Positions 1 to 10,410 of a DNA stretch of 64,000 bases are shown piece after piece (the first letter of the stretch is position 1; every line of letters starts with the position of its first letter). The notes below the pieces were generated by a model that was not told where the DNA came from, did not search any database, and saw only the letters and a program-made list of their open reading frames with translations. The position numbers and the translations under genes were made by a program. This stretch comes from an uncultured Alphaproteobacteria bacterium (GTDB taxonomy: Bacteria; Pseudomonadota; Alphaproteobacteria; Puniceispirillales; Puniceispirillaceae), in the NCBI GenBank assembly GCA_938082345.1, contig CALLKZ010000019.1, positions 1,538 through 65,537 of the forward strand, read 5' to 3'.

Positions 1-1922
1 GCACCAAGGAAATTCACGAACGCGCCAAAATCAACGGTTTTCACAACGGTACCATTATAGATAACGCCCATTTCAGGCTCGGCCACAATGTCACGAATAC
101 GAGCAACCGCAGCTTCTCCAGACGCACCGGTGACAGCAGCAACCTTTACGGTTCCATCATCATCAATGTCGATCTTGGCACCGGTCGTCTCACAAATTTC
201 GCGGATGATCTTGCCACCCGGGCCGATAATATCGCGAATTTTGTCAACCGGAATTGAAAGCGTGGTGATCTTTGGTGCGCTGTCGGCAAGCCCATCGCGT
301 GACGAGGTCAGCGCCTTGGACATTTCGCCAAGGATATGAACCCGGCCTTCGCGAGCCTGTTCGAGAGCGATTTTCATGATTTCCGGCGTGATCGAGGTGA
401 TCTTGATATCCATCTGCAACGATGTGATACCATTTTCTGACCCGGCAACCTTAAAATCCATGTCGCCAAGATGATCTTCGTCACCAAGAATGTCGGACAG
501 GACAGCGTAATCATCGCCGTCCTTGATCAGACCCATGGCAATTCCGGCAACTGGACGCGACAGCGGAACCCCGGCATCCATCAGCGCCAGCGAGCCACCA
601 CAAACCGTCGCCATTGAAGACGAGCCGTTTGATTCGGTGATCTCAGAAACCAGACGAATGGTGTAGGGAAAATCCTCTTTCGCTGGAAGCAGCGGGCGAA
701 GAGCGCGCCAAGCCAGCTTGCCGTGACCAATTTCACGGCGGCCCGGTGAGCCAACACGCCCGGCTTCACCAACCGAATAAGGCGGGAAGTTGTAATGCAG
801 CATAAAGTTTGAGCGGCTCTCACCAACCAACGCGTCAATGATCTGCTCATCCTGTCCTGTGCCAAGCGTGGCCACAACCATGGCCTGCGTTTCGCCGCGC
901 GTAAACAGTGCCGATCCGTGGGCACGCGGAAGGAATCCAGCCTCTGAAACGATCTGACGGACTGTTTTGGTATCGCGCCCGTCAATCCGCTTGCCAGTTT
1001 TCAGGATTGATCCGCGAACGATGCCAGCTTCTAAAGCTTTAATCAGCCCGCCAACCAGAACGCTGTCATACTCATCACCCAGCTTTTCCTTGGCAGCGGC
1101 TCTGGCTTCGCCGAGAGCTGCCTGACGCTCAGATTTATCACCGATTTTATAGGCAGCTTTAAACTTTGACTCGAATTTTTCGATGATTGCCTTAATTTCA
1201 GCAGTCTCGGCTGGCTCTTCTGGAAGCGCACGCGGCTCTTTTGCACATGATTCAGCAAGCTCAATAATCGCATCAATAACCGGTTTGATTGACTTGTGAC
1301 CAAAATTAACCGCTCCTAGCATAATCTCTTCAGACAACTCACTTGCTTCGGATTCAACCATCAGCACGCCTTCATGCGTTCCGGCCATAACCAGATCGAG
1401 CGATGTTTCTTCCATCTGATCAACGGTTGGGTTCAAAACATATTCGCCATCAATCCAGCCGATACGCGCGGCGGCAATTGGGCCAAAGAACGGCACACCC
1501 GACAAGGTCAACGCGGCAGAAGCGCCGATAATCGCAGCAATGTCCGGGTTGTTTTCCATATCATGCGCAAGCACGGTACAGATGATTTGCGTCTCGCATT
1601 TGAAGGATGACGGGAACAGAGGCCTGATAGGCCGGTCAATAAGGCGGCAAACCAGCGTTTCATTTTCAGATGGGCGGCCTTCACGCTTGAAAAATCCACC
1701 GGGAATTTTGCCAGCTGCAAATGCCTTTTCCTGATAATTGACGGTCATCGGGAAAAAATCCTGACCGGGTTTTGCTTTCTGCGCGGCGACCGCCGTACAC
1801 AGAACTTTTGTCTCACCGAGGCTGACCATAACAGCTCCATCGGCCTGACGCGCAACTTTACCTGTTTCAAGAACGAGCGATGTGCCATTCCAGTCCAGCT
1901 CTTTGCGGAAAATTTTAAACAT
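1..1922 (-). CDS. pnp: Polyribonucleotide nucleotidyltransferase (PNPase); 3' end runs off the window
   Basis: Manual translation from ATG at 1922 gives [31 protein letters not shown], followed by RNase PH-like and KH segments (e.g. [25 protein letters not shown]). It is absent from the ORF track because the stop lies outside the window. It lies downstream of rpsO. Confidence 0.97.
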   Translation of the reverse strand, partial: MFKIFRKELDWNGTSLVLETGKVARQADGAVMVSLGETKVLCTAVAAQKAKPGQDFFPMTVNYQEKAFAAGKIPGGFFKREGRPSENETLVCRLIDRPIRPLFPSSFKCETQIICTVLAHDMENNPDIAAIIGASAALTLSGVPFFGPIAAARIGWIDGEYVLNPTVDQMEETSLDLVMAGTHEGVLMVESEASELSEEIMLGAVNFGHKSIKPVIDAIIELAESCAKEPRALPEEPAETAEIKAIIEKFESKFKAAYKIGDKSERQAALGEARAAAKEKLGDEYDSVLVGGLIKALEAGIVRGSILKTGKRIDGRDTKTVRQIVSEAGFLPRAHGSALFTRGETQAMVVATLGTGQDEQIIDALVGESRSNFMLHYNFPPYSVGEAGRVGSPGRREIGHGKLAWRALRPLLPAKEDFPYTIRLVSEITESNGSSSMATVCGGSLALMDAGVPLSRPVAGIAMGLIKDGDDYAVLSDILGDEDHLGDMDFKVAGSENGITSLQMDIKITSITPEIMKIALEQAREGRVHILGEMSKALTSSRDGLADSAPKITTLSIPVDKIRDIIGPGGKIIREICETTGAKIDIDDDGTVKVAAVTGASGEAAVARIRDIVAEPEMGVIYNGTVVKTVDFGAFVNFLG

Positions 1923-1954
1923 TATATTTTGTCTCTTTCATCTACATCTTGCCT

Positions 1955-1995
1955 GACCTGACAAATTCCAGCCAATCTGGAACCGGCAATCAGTC
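1955..1995 (-). promoter_or_regulatory. Stem-loop in the pnp 5' leader (candidate RNase III/autoregulatory hairpin)
   Basis: The minus strand GACTGATTGCCGGTTCCAG-ATTGG-CTGGAATTTGTCAGGTC can fold into a long hairpin with an internal loop about 30 nt before the pnp ATG. Confidence 0.45.
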
Positions 1996-2300
1996 TTGAT
2001 TACCAGTTAAGAACAAGGGATGTTTTTTTGGGGGGTGTGCGACCACCGCTCGGTCCGCGGGTATGGTCACTTGGGCCCCCGTTGCATCTTGTCCGGGCCC
2101 AGGCATTGTTTCCTGTGTTTCTTGTCTCGGCGATGTTGTGGCATGCAACCTGTTAAAATGCAAACATTAATGCACCGTGCGCACTAAGGCGTAGCCCAGC
2201 GCTGGGATAGCGGCTGGGCAAACACAATTTGAATCCCGAAAAATTTGCTAATACCGATCTGGTATTTGACGCAAAACTTGGCCTGAAAATTAAGCCAGAA

Positions 2301-2570
2301 TTAACGCCGCAGACCCAACCGTGCAATCAGCGCCTTGTAGGCAGCTTCATCGCCTGATTTGATGTAATCAAGCAGGTTACGGCGTTGACCAACCATCGAC
2401 AAAAGACCGCGGCGTGAACCGAAGTCCTTTTTATGTGTTTTCAGATGTTCAGTCAGGTTGACGATGCGCTCGCTCAAAATGGCGACCTGAACCGCTGCTG
2501 ACCCTGAATCTGTATCAGACTTGCCAAATTCCTTGATAAGCTCGACCGTACGTTCACTCGTAATCGACAT
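2301..2570 (-). CDS. rpsO: 30S ribosomal protein S15
   Basis: MSITSERT...[37 protein letters not shown]...LGLRR. AAGGAGG lies 5 nt upstream of ATG 2570 (the track start at 2591 is probably too long). Confidence 0.97.
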   Translation of the reverse strand: MSITSERTVELIKEFGKSDTDSGSAAVQVAILSERIVNLTEHLKTHKKDFGSRRGLLSMVGQRRNLLDYIKSGDEAAYKALIARLGLRR

Positions 2571-2606
2571 CGAAACCTCCTTTGGTTTCATCCATTTAAA
2601 AATGGA

Positions 2607-3545
2607 TCAAAGATTAAAAACACGCAGCGGCTGCAACTGGCCCGACTTAACCGAAACCAACGCCACAGGCACACTGCTGGCAAGCGCCACCCCAATCTCA
2701 GACGAGATCACTTCCTCAAAACGCGCCTGAGCCGAAGGGCCAAGCGCCGGAAGTGTCTGTCCATGACGGAGCTTTACCGCCTCATCAGCCGAAATGGGCA
2801 CCGCCGGGATGTCGTCCAGCGCGCTCACAACAGGCTTCAAATGCTCGAAAGCGGCCGAACTATGCTCTAGCTTTTCCAGAAAATCCAGTGAAATCGCATC
2901 ACTTTCGAAAAACGGACCAACTGAAAGTCGTCGCAGCGAGCTAACATGTCCAGCGCTGCCAAGAATTAGCGCAATATCGCGCGCCAATGAGCGGATATAA
3001 GTACCTTTTCCGCAAGCAACAAAAAACGAGGCACTGGCAGCATCAACCGAGCGTAATTCCAGCCGGTCAATGTCAATCGGACGCGCATCAAGCTCAGGCA
3101 GATCGGGGGCACCACTGGCAATTGCTTTGCGGGCAATATCATAGGCCCGCGCGCCATCAACCTTAATAGCCGAGAAAATTGGAGGACGCTGTTGAATGGT
3201 GCCGATAAATTGAGGTAGGACCGTCTCAATCTGCGCTGCGGTCGGCATTATATCAGAGCTAAAAATGACCTCGCCTTCGCGGTCATCGGTTGTTGTTTGC
3301 GCCCCGAATGCCAGAGTGAATTCATAGCTTTTGGCGCCATGCATAGCAAAAGATACGGTTTTTGTAGCCTCGCCAAGGGCAATGGGAAGAAGACCTGTTG
3401 CCAGCGGATCCAGAGTTCCGCCATGCCCTGCTTTGGCGGCGTTAAAAATGCGGCGAACGATACCCACCGCCTTTGATGAGCTCAGGCCAATGGGTTTGTC
3501 TAGAACGACCCAACCATGAACGGGATTACCTTTTCGTGACGCCAT
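2607..3545 (-). CDS. truB: tRNA pseudouridine(55) synthase
   Basis: LDKPIGLSS, KAGHGGTLDPLATGLLP and CGKGTYIRSLARD motifs; synteny with rbfA and rpsO. Confidence 0.97.
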   Translation of the reverse strand: MASRKGNPVHGWVVLDKPIGLSSSKAVGIVRRIFNAAKAGHGGTLDPLATGLLPIALGEATKTVSFAMHGAKSYEFTLAFGAQTTTDDREGEVIFSSDIMPTAAQIETVLPQFIGTIQQRPPIFSAIKVDGARAYDIARKAIASGAPDLPELDARPIDIDRLELRSVDAASASFFVACGKGTYIRSLARDIALILGSAGHVSSLRRLSVGPFFESDAISLDFLEKLEHSSAAFEHLKPVVSALDDIPAVPISADEAVKLRHGQTLPALGPSAQARFEEVISSEIGVALASSVPVALVSVKSGQLQPLRVFNL

Positions 3546-3566
3546 GCCGGTTGCTTTAAACCATTA

Positions 3567-3956
3567 TCAATCATCGCGCCGGATGGTGTTGAAAACAACA
3601 TTCAGGCGTGCGGCATTGTCAAAACTGTCATCAAGATAGAATTTCAGCTTAGGGACGCGGCGAAGATGCACCTTTGAGGCAATCTCTTTTTGCAGCAGCG
3701 GGGCAAGCCGGTTCAGGGCAGGCAAAACAGTTTCCGACTTTTCCCCGCCAAGCGGCATCGTATAAACGCGGGCGTTAGACAAATCAGGACTGACTGAAAT
3801 CTCGGAAATTGTGATTGGCACATTTTCCAGATCCGGATCAAAAAAATTGTCGCGTGATAGAATAACCGACAGCGCATGACGCAACGTTTCACCAACGCGC
3901 AACTGGCGCTGGCTTGGCAAATTCGCCGACATTGACCGTCTGGATTTTCCAGCCAT
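3567..3956 (-). CDS. rbfA: Ribosome-binding factor A
   Basis: QRQLRVGE...VSPDLSNARVY...LRRVPKLKFYLDDSFD; directly after infB. Confidence 0.96.
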   Translation of the reverse strand: MAGKSRRSMSANLPSQRQLRVGETLRHALSVILSRDNFFDPDLENVPITISEISVSPDLSNARVYTMPLGGEKSETVLPALNRLAPLLQKEIASKVHLRRVPKLKFYLDDSFDNAARLNVVFNTIRRDD

Positions 3957-3985
3957 GATTACCTCGCACGCACAATTTGACTCAA

Positions 3986-6622
3986 TCAGTCGAGCGTTCT
4001 GGCGACCTCGCGGACTTCAAAACATTCGATCATATCGTTTTCCTGAATGTCCGAATAATTCTCAAATCCCATGCCGCATTCAAAGCCCTCACGAACTTCC
4101 TTAACTTCATCCTTAAAGCGCTTGAGCGTTTTCAGCGCGCCCTCATGGATAACGACATTGTCGCGCAGCAGGCGAACTTTACACCCGCGCTTGATAACAC
4201 CTTCGGTGACCATACAACCGGCAATCTTGCCAATTTTTGAAACCCCAAAGACCTTTCTGATTTCGGCATATCCGATAAAATCTTCCTGCGTATACGGGCT
4301 GAGTAGACCACCCATCGCCGATTTCACTTCATCAATCAATTCATAGATGATCGAGTGGTAACGAATTTCAACACCATCGCGCTTGGCAAGATCACGAGCC
4401 TGCGGGATAGCGCGCACGTTAAAGCCAATGACAATGGCATTGGTCGCCGCCGAAAGCGAAATATCAGATTCGCTGATAGCACCAACGCCCGAAGACAGAA
4501 TACGCACTTTAACCTGATCGGTACCCAGTTTTTCAAGCGCAACCCGAATAGCCTCAAGCGAGCCGTGAACATCGGTCTTGATAATAATTGGCAGCTCTTC
4601 GGCCTCACCAGCTGCAATCGCAGACAACATCTGTTCAACTGATCCACGCGCACCGCGCGCAGCTTCACGTTCCTTAATCTGGCGCGTCCGGTATTCGGCA
4701 ATTTCCCTTGCACGTGCTTCGGATTCAACAACCACACAGCTATCGCCGGCCATTGGCGTTCCGTTCAGACCCAGAATTTCCACCGGCTGACCTGGCAATG
4801 CCTGAACCAATTTTTCACCACGATAATCCAACAGCGCCCGAACACGTCCGCTTTCAGCGCCAATGACAAAAATATCGCCCTGGCGCAGCGTGCCGCGCTG
4901 CACAAGAACAGTAGCAACAGAACCCCGGCCGCGTTCGACCTTGGCTTCCACCACAACGCCAGCAGCATCGCGGTCCGGATTGGCCTGCAACTCAAGAAGT
5001 TCGGCCTGAAGCATGATCGCCTCTTCCAGCTTATCCAGCCCCTGACCGTTAAGCGCCGAGACATCAACACATAAAACATCGCCGCCAAACTCTTCGGTGA
5101 TGATCTCATGCTGGAGCAAATCACTGCGCACCCGCTTTGGATCAGCACCGGGCTTGTCACATTTGTTGACAGCCACAATCACCGGACACCCCGCAGCTTT
5201 GGAATGATTGATTGCCTCGATAGTTTGCGCCATCACACTGTCATCAGCCGCAACAACCAGAACCACAATATCGGTGATATCGGCACCGCGTAATCGCATT
5301 TCAGTAAAGGCCTCGTGGCCCGGAGTATCAATAAACGTAATCAGGTTACCGGCTTGGGTGTTGATTTGATAGGCGCCGATATGCTGGGTAATGCCGCCCG
5401 ATTCGCCCGCCGCAACATCAGTTCGGCGAATGGCATCCAGCAAGCTGGTTTTACCGTGGTCAACATGACCCATTACAGTCACAACAGGGGGGCGTGGGAG
5501 CATATTCTCGGCAGAATCATCATCGCCCTCAAGGCCGATTTCAACATCCGATTCCGAGACCCGCTGAGCTCGGTGTCCAAATTCCTGTGAAACCAGCTCG
5601 GCAGTCTCACCATCAATGGTCTGTGTTGCCGTTGCCATAACGCCGAGCTTCATCAGCTCTTTGACAACATCGGCTGTACGTTCGGCCATCCGGTTGGCGA
5701 GTTCAGCAACCGAAATTGTATCTGGAATAATAACGTCACGAACCTGTTTGACCTGCGGTTGGTCGTCCCGCATGCGGGCCTTTTCACGCTGACGGCGAAC
5801 CGAAGCCAGCGAACGCTGACGGCGTTGTTCATCACCGGACAGTGCTTGCGTGATTGTCATTTTACCCGACTGGCGGCGACCCGGGCCATCACGGCGCGGT
5901 GCTGATGGTCTGCGTGCAGGCATCTCTTCGACCTGACGGCGGCGGCGGCCAAACGCATCACCAGTGGCTTCACCCCCAGCAGGCGGAACTGCAGCAGCAG
6001 CAGGCGGCACGTCAACGCCAACGCTACGGCGGGCATTTGCCTCGGTATGTTTGCGGGCTTCTTCCTCACGGCGGCTGGCTTCTGCAGCCTCAATTTCCTG
6101 AAGCTCGGCAAGTTCAGCGGCACGGCGGGCATCAATCTCGCTTAAAGGTGCAGCGGGCTCGGCAGCGGTGGCAGGTTCGGCAGTGGCTGTGTCAGCAGCC
6201 CCATCACCCGCGCCATCGCTAGCGGCGGTTTCGTCGGCCATACCGCCAGACATTTCACTAGCGACCTCGTCAGCGGTCGCATCGGCACCCTCATCAGAAG
6301 ACGGTTTTTTCATAATTTCTTGAAGAGCGCGGTTACGCGCGGCACGTTCCTGCGTAGTCAGCCGGTCATCAGCATTGCTGGCAGGCGATGCTTCGACGGG
6401 GGCTGGTGCGACGGGTACGGCGATTTCTTCCGGTTCAACCGCTGGTGGTGTTACAGCGCGGTGTGGGGCGGCAGGCGCGCGTTTACGACGTACCTCGACC
6501 TGAACAGTACGACGACCGGCTCCAGCCGTGCTTGGGCGCATCTGACCAGCTTCAACGCCGCCAAGTGTCAGCTTGTTGCCTGACAGGCTGAGCTTCTTTG
6601 ATTTGCCGCTATCGTCACTCAT
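3986..6622 (-). CDS. infB: Translation initiation factor IF-2
   Basis: G1 motif [35 protein letters not shown]; long acidic Ala-rich N-terminal region. Confidence 0.98.
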   Translation of the reverse strand: MSDDSGKSKKLSLSGNKLTLGGVEAGQMRPSTAGAGRRTVQVEVRRKRAPAAPHRAVTPPAVEPEEIAVPVAPAPVEASPASNADDRLTTQERAARNRALQEIMKKPSSDEGADATADEVASEMSGGMADETAASDGAGDGAADTATAEPATAAEPAAPLSEIDARRAAELAELQEIEAAEASRREEEARKHTEANARRSVGVDVPPAAAAVPPAGGEATGDAFGRRRRQVEEMPARRPSAPRRDGPGRRQSGKMTITQALSGDEQRRQRSLASVRRQREKARMRDDQPQVKQVRDVIIPDTISVAELANRMAERTADVVKELMKLGVMATATQTIDGETAELVSQEFGHRAQRVSESDVEIGLEGDDDSAENMLPRPPVVTVMGHVDHGKTSLLDAIRRTDVAAGESGGITQHIGAYQINTQAGNLITFIDTPGHEAFTEMRLRGADITDIVVLVVAADDSVMAQTIEAINHSKAAGCPVIVAVNKCDKPGADPKRVRSDLLQHEIITEEFGGDVLCVDVSALNGQGLDKLEEAIMLQAELLELQANPDRDAAGVVVEAKVERGRGSVATVLVQRGTLRQGDIFVIGAESGRVRALLDYRGEKLVQALPGQPVEILGLNGTPMAGDSCVVVESEARAREIAEYRTRQIKEREAARGARGSVEQMLSAIAAGEAEELPIIIKTDVHGSLEAIRVALEKLGTDQVKVRILSSGVGAISESDISLSAATNAIVIGFNVRAIPQARDLAKRDGVEIRYHSIIYELIDEVKSAMGGLLSPYTQEDFIGYAEIRKVFGVSKIGKIAGCMVTEGVIKRGCKVRLLRDNVVIHEGALKTLKRFKDEVKEVREGFECGMGFENYSDIQENDMIECFEVREVARTLD

Positions 6623-6712
6623 AGTAAACCTTTCCTGGCTATTGATGCTGCATGATGCAAAAAAGCACCTGACAGCGTCGCAGCCTATATTGCGAACGGT
6701 GATACACCGGTA

Positions 6713-7306
6713 TCACCCAGCATGACAACCCGAAGACACATAAAAGGCCTCTAGGCGGCCAAGTTCATGCTTCAGATTTTCTGCAAGTTTTGCGCTCTTA
6801 CCACCACGAATAGCGGCAAAAGCAAGGCTTGGCCTGCCACAAATCTGGCCAAGCTCGGTTGCGTCCAGAATTTGGCTAACCCAACGCGCTTCAATTCTGG
6901 TGCTTAATTTACGAAGTTCTCTTTGCGATGCATCGGGCGCTGCTAGCAATCCGACAAACTGACCTTCACTCGTCAGTTTGCCGCCACCGCCAATGAGTGC
7001 ACCTGACCGCCGCGCCATCGCCGCAAGCGACAGGGCGCGTTTGCGCATCAGCACAGCGATCATTGAAATATCATTTTCTATATCACGAAAGCTTGCATCG
7101 ATGGACCGTTTGAACAGGCCTTTACTATCGGCCCGCCGCACAGCACCGGCGTCGTTCGAGACCCACACACCGCGACCCGGCAATTTTTCAGCGAGGTCAG
7201 CAACAGCAAACCCGTCCGGATTTGCAACGATCCGGATTAGCTGGTCACGCGGCAGGTTTTGTCCGGTGACAATGCAGGTGCGCTCGCCCATTGGTGCTCT
7301 CGCCAC
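6713..7306 (-). CDS. DUF448/YlxR-family RNA-binding protein with L7Ae-like C-terminal part
   Basis: ERTCIVTG...LIRIV...KLPGRGVWV; conserved position between nusA and infB. Confidence 0.88.
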   Translation of the reverse strand: MARAPMGERTCIVTGQNLPRDQLIRIVANPDGFAVADLAEKLPGRGVWVSNDAGAVRRADSKGLFKRSIDASFRDIENDISMIAVLMRKRALSLAAMARRSGALIGGGGKLTSEGQFVGLLAAPDASQRELRKLSTRIEARWVSQILDATELGQICGRPSLAFAAIRGGKSAKLAENLKHELGRLEAFYVSSGCHAG

Positions 7307-7312
7307 ATCGCA

Positions 7313-8866
7313 CTAGCTGGCGTCGGCGTTAGAATCAGGCGTCTCTTCTGCTGCCTGTTCTTCGTCCGCAAACCAGTGTGCCCTTGCCGCCATGATGATA
7401 TCACCGGCTTCTGTATCGTCTTCCAGCCCGTGCTCCGACAACATCTCAACAAGCTCCTCATTATCGAGGTCGGCAAGATCATCAAGTGTCAGAACGCCGC
7501 TTTCAGCAAGCTTTAGCATCATGCCAAGGCTGATATATTCGAAATTCCGCAGATCTTCCGATACTTTTAACGTGTTCAGTGCCTCGTTGATGCGCTCGGC
7601 TTCACGCTCGACAAATTCGACGGCGCGGGTTTGCAACTCTTCGGCAATGCCTTCATCAAAGCCTTGAATGGCAGCGAGCTCTTCGATTGGTGTTTCAGCA
7701 ATTTCTTCAGGCAGAATAAACCCTTCAGCCACCAGCAGATGCGCGATTACATCATCGATGTTCAGCGCTTCAATAAAGCCCGTTGACCGGGTACGGAATT
7801 CTTCTTGGCGGCGCTCAGATTCTTCAGCCTCGGTCAGAATATCAATGTACCAACCGGACAATTGTGATGCCAGCCGGACATTCTGTCCGCGGCGCCCAAT
7901 GGCAAGGCTAAGCTGATCATCGGGAACAACAACCTCCATCCGTTTGGCGACTTCATCCATCACCACCTTAGCAACTTCGGCCGGGGCCAATGCATTCACC
8001 ACAAAAGAAGCCGGGTCCTCGGTATAGGGAATAATCTCGACTTTTTCACCCTGCAACTCACCAACCACTGCCTGCACACGGCTGCCGCGCATACCAACAC
8101 AGGCACCGACCGGATCAATGCTTGGATCGTTGGAGAGAACGGTAATCTTGGCGCGACTGCCAGCTTCACGGGCAACGCCTTTGATTTCAATAATGCCGTC
8201 ATAAATTTCCGGCACTTCCTGCGTGAACAGTTTTGCCATGAATTCGTTACATGCCCGCGACAGGAAAATCTGTGGGCCGCGCGGCTCTTCGCGAACGTCT
8301 ATGATATAGGCGCGCACCCGGTCTCCTTGACGCAGATTTTCGCGCGGAATCATTTCTTCGCGGCGGATAACGGCTTCGGCACGGCCAAGATCAACGGTAA
8401 TTGAATAGCTTTCGGCGCGCTTGACCGTTCCAACAACGATCTCGCCAATCCGGTGCTTATATTCCTCAAACTGACGCGCGCGTTCAGCATCGCGTACTTT
8501 TTGTGAGATAACCTGTTTTGCGGTCTGCGCAGCAATCCGGCCAAATTCGATAGGCGGCAATGATTGACGCCAGAACTCACCAACGGCCAGCGGCGGTGAT
8601 TGCTTGGTGCCTTCGTCAACTGTCATCTGGGTTGCGTCGTCTTCGACCTCTTCGACGACTTCAATCCAGCGTTCCAGCGTAATTGTGCCTGATTTACGGT
8701 CGATCATCGCGCGAATATCGCGATCTAGGCCGTATTTAGCGCGACCGGCTTTTTGGATCGCCTCTTCCATTGCCACCATCACTTCTTCGCGATCGATGGA
8801 TTTCTCGCGCGCAACAACATCCGCAACTTGGATCAATTCAAGACCCGGTATCGATGAAGTATCCAT
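7313..8866 (-). CDS. nusA: Transcription termination/antitermination factor NusA
   Basis: FGRIAAQTAKQVI, AREAGSRAKI, DPVGACVGMRGSRVQAV, LAIGRRGQNVRLASQL; acidic C-terminal repeats. Confidence 0.98.
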   Translation of the reverse strand: MDTSSIPGLELIQVADVVAREKSIDREEVMVAMEEAIQKAGRAKYGLDRDIRAMIDRKSGTITLERWIEVVEEVEDDATQMTVDEGTKQSPPLAVGEFWRQSLPPIEFGRIAAQTAKQVISQKVRDAERARQFEEYKHRIGEIVVGTVKRAESYSITVDLGRAEAVIRREEMIPRENLRQGDRVRAYIIDVREEPRGPQIFLSRACNEFMAKLFTQEVPEIYDGIIEIKGVAREAGSRAKITVLSNDPSIDPVGACVGMRGSRVQAVVGELQGEKVEIIPYTEDPASFVVNALAPAEVAKVVMDEVAKRMEVVVPDDQLSLAIGRRGQNVRLASQLSGWYIDILTEAEESERRQEEFRTRSTGFIEALNIDDVIAHLLVAEGFILPEEIAETPIEELAAIQGFDEGIAEELQTRAVEFVEREAERINEALNTLKVSEDLRNFEYISLGMMLKLAESGVLTLDDLADLDNEELVEMLSEHGLEDDTEAGDIIMAARAHWFADEEQAAEETPDSNADAS

Positions 8867-8954
8867 TTTATCTCACCTGCTTCTCTGCTGGTTCAAATCT
8901 GCTTAACTTCTTAAACTTCTGACCACTTATAGTGTTAATGGTCTTGGAGGTATT

Positions 8955-9443
8955 CTATTTGTCTTTGGTTTGGCGGTTCAAAATTTCTGACGGATCAATT
9001 CGTCCGGAATCAATTTCGTCAAAGGCAAAAGCAAACTGGCCAAAGCTTGTTTCCAGAACCACGCGTCCCTCTTCATCCAGACCGCCAAGTCTGCCATTAA
9101 AGCGGCGGCGGCCATCCTGCATCACACGAAGCGTTACCTTGGCAAGCTCACCGGCGAACCGACTGTAATCTTCAAGGCGCGTCAGCGGACGATCTATTCC
9201 GGGCGAACTCACTTCCAACGTATAGGCATCCGAAATTGGATCATCCACATCAAGGAGCGCCGCCACCTGCCGGCTCAGCATTTCGCAATCCTGAACCGTC
9301 ATTTCGCGCTCTTCAACCGGCTCAGCCATGATCTGCAACTGGCTGCGGCCACTATTGGCGCCCGAATAAAGTACCCTGACAAGACGGAATCCGAGATCGG
9401 TTACCGCGTTTTCAACAATTTGACTGACCCGTGATTCTACCAC
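8955..9443 (-). CDS. rimP: Ribosome maturation factor RimP
   Basis: YTLEVSSPGIDRPL motif; first gene of the nusA operon. Confidence 0.96.
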   Translation of the reverse strand: MVESRVSQIVENAVTDLGFRLVRVLYSGANSGRSQLQIMAEPVEEREMTVQDCEMLSRQVAALLDVDDPISDAYTLEVSSPGIDRPLTRLEDYSRFAGELAKVTLRVMQDGRRRFNGRLGGLDEEGRVVLETSFGQFAFAFDEIDSGRIDPSEILNRQTKDK

Positions 9444-9476
9444 TGCGTTCCAGCCCGTCCCTTATCCGGTTTCCAT

Positions 9477-9527
9477 GTGATCATTTAATTCAAGTGATTA
9501 TCTAGGCCAGATGATCATTTAGGCCAA
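9477..9527. repeat. 17-bp tandem repeat x3 in the rimP leader
   Basis: gtgatcatttaattcaa / gtgattatctaggccag / atgatcatttaggccaa. Confidence 0.8.
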
Positions 9528-9538
9528 TTATTATAGGC

Positions 9539-9564
9539 AATAAAAAAGTGGGCTCGCGGCCCAC
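9539..9564 (-). terminator. Intrinsic terminator (attenuator) in the rimP-nusA 5' leader
   Basis: Minus strand GTGGGC-CGCGA-GCCCAC-TTTTTTATT, located between the promoter and the rimP start. Confidence 0.8.
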
Positions 9565-9595
9565 CGTCATATTCGACAGTATGTTTATGGGAGGA

Positions 9596-9624
9596 AGTAT
9601 AATGCGCGACGCGGCGAAAGGCAA
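9596..9624 (-). promoter_or_regulatory. sigma70 promoter of the rimP-nusA-infB operon
   Basis: TTGCCT-N17-TATACT on the minus strand. Confidence 0.7.
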
Positions 9625-9628
9625 GCCC

Positions 9629-10303
9629 TCAAGAGTGTCGGTCAAAAATGAACCATGATGGTACACGGTCCTCACGTTCGGCTTTTTTCATATAGCGGGT
9701 TGCGCCAAGATCATCCGGGCGGGTGCGCCAGTCAGCCGGGCCACGCGCGCTCCACGTAAAAGCCGGATGCGCCATCGCCGCTTGCAAAAGCCAGCTTTTC
9801 GCCACCGCATGATCGCTTGCCAGAACAAGACGCCCCTTTGGCCGGATAAGTCGTGCCAATTCATCCAGCACCGCCGGTTGCAGAATGCGCCGCGCCGAAT
9901 GACGCCGTTTGGGCCAGGGATCCGGAAACAGCACATAGGCACCCGCAAGATCCGCATCAGACATCCCGCCAAGGATCAGGCGCACATCATCATCCCACAC
10001 TCTTATGTTGGTGATCGACATGTCTTCGATGTGGCGAACGAGGCTGGCAACACCATTGACGAAAGGCTCGGCGCCAATAAAACCTGCCTGCGGATTTGCC
10101 GCGGCCATTGCAGCAAGATTCTCACCGCCACCAAAACCGATTTCCAGAAACAGATCAGCGGGCCGGTGGGTGAACTGGCTGGCAACCGGTGCCTGTCGGT
10201 CAATGCGCAACTGGGGAAGACGCGTCTCCAGCAAATCCTGCATAGAGCGCCGCAACCGACGCCCCTTGCGCCGACCAAAAAATTGCGGCTTTTCACCCTG
10301 CAT
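9629..10303 (-). CDS. trmB: tRNA (guanine-N7)-methyltransferase
   Basis: FGRRKGRRL, LEIGFGGGENL, IGAEPFVNG, VLFPDPWPKRRH. Confidence 0.96.
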   Translation of the reverse strand: MQGEKPQFFGRRKGRRLRRSMQDLLETRLPQLRIDRQAPVASQFTHRPADLFLEIGFGGGENLAAMAAANPQAGFIGAEPFVNGVASLVRHIEDMSITNIRVWDDDVRLILGGMSDADLAGAYVLFPDPWPKRRHSARRILQPAVLDELARLIRPKGRLVLASDHAVAKSWLLQAAMAHPAFTWSARGPADWRTRPDDLGATRYMKKAEREDRVPSWFIFDRHS

Positions 10304-10333
10304 GACACATCATCCGATTTACGCTTGGCTGTA

Positions 10334-10393
10334 ATCAGAAGCCTCAACGATCAGAAGCCCCAACTTGGCCAAATTCAAACTTGGCTAAATTCC
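10334..10393. repeat. Two adjacent 16-bp tandem duplications in the metK-trmB intergenic
   Basis: atcagaagcctcaacg/atcagaagccccaact and aacttggccaaattca/aacttggctaaattcc. Confidence 0.75.
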
Positions 10394-10410
10394 AGTGCCT
10401 AAGGTGCGTT

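Noticed and set aside
2290-2305. Perfect CtrA-box-like TTAA-N7-TTAAC overlapping the rpsO stop
   Set aside because: A 9-bp-specified motif is expected roughly once per window of this size by chance. It uses the TAA stop codon and is far from any evident promoter.
9767-10402. 211-aa antisense ORF over trmB (and similar ones at 25952-26566, 59713-60297, 33769-34206, 16616-17167)
   Set aside because: These are shadow ORFs opposite well-conserved genes, expected at this GC content, with no motifs or SD.
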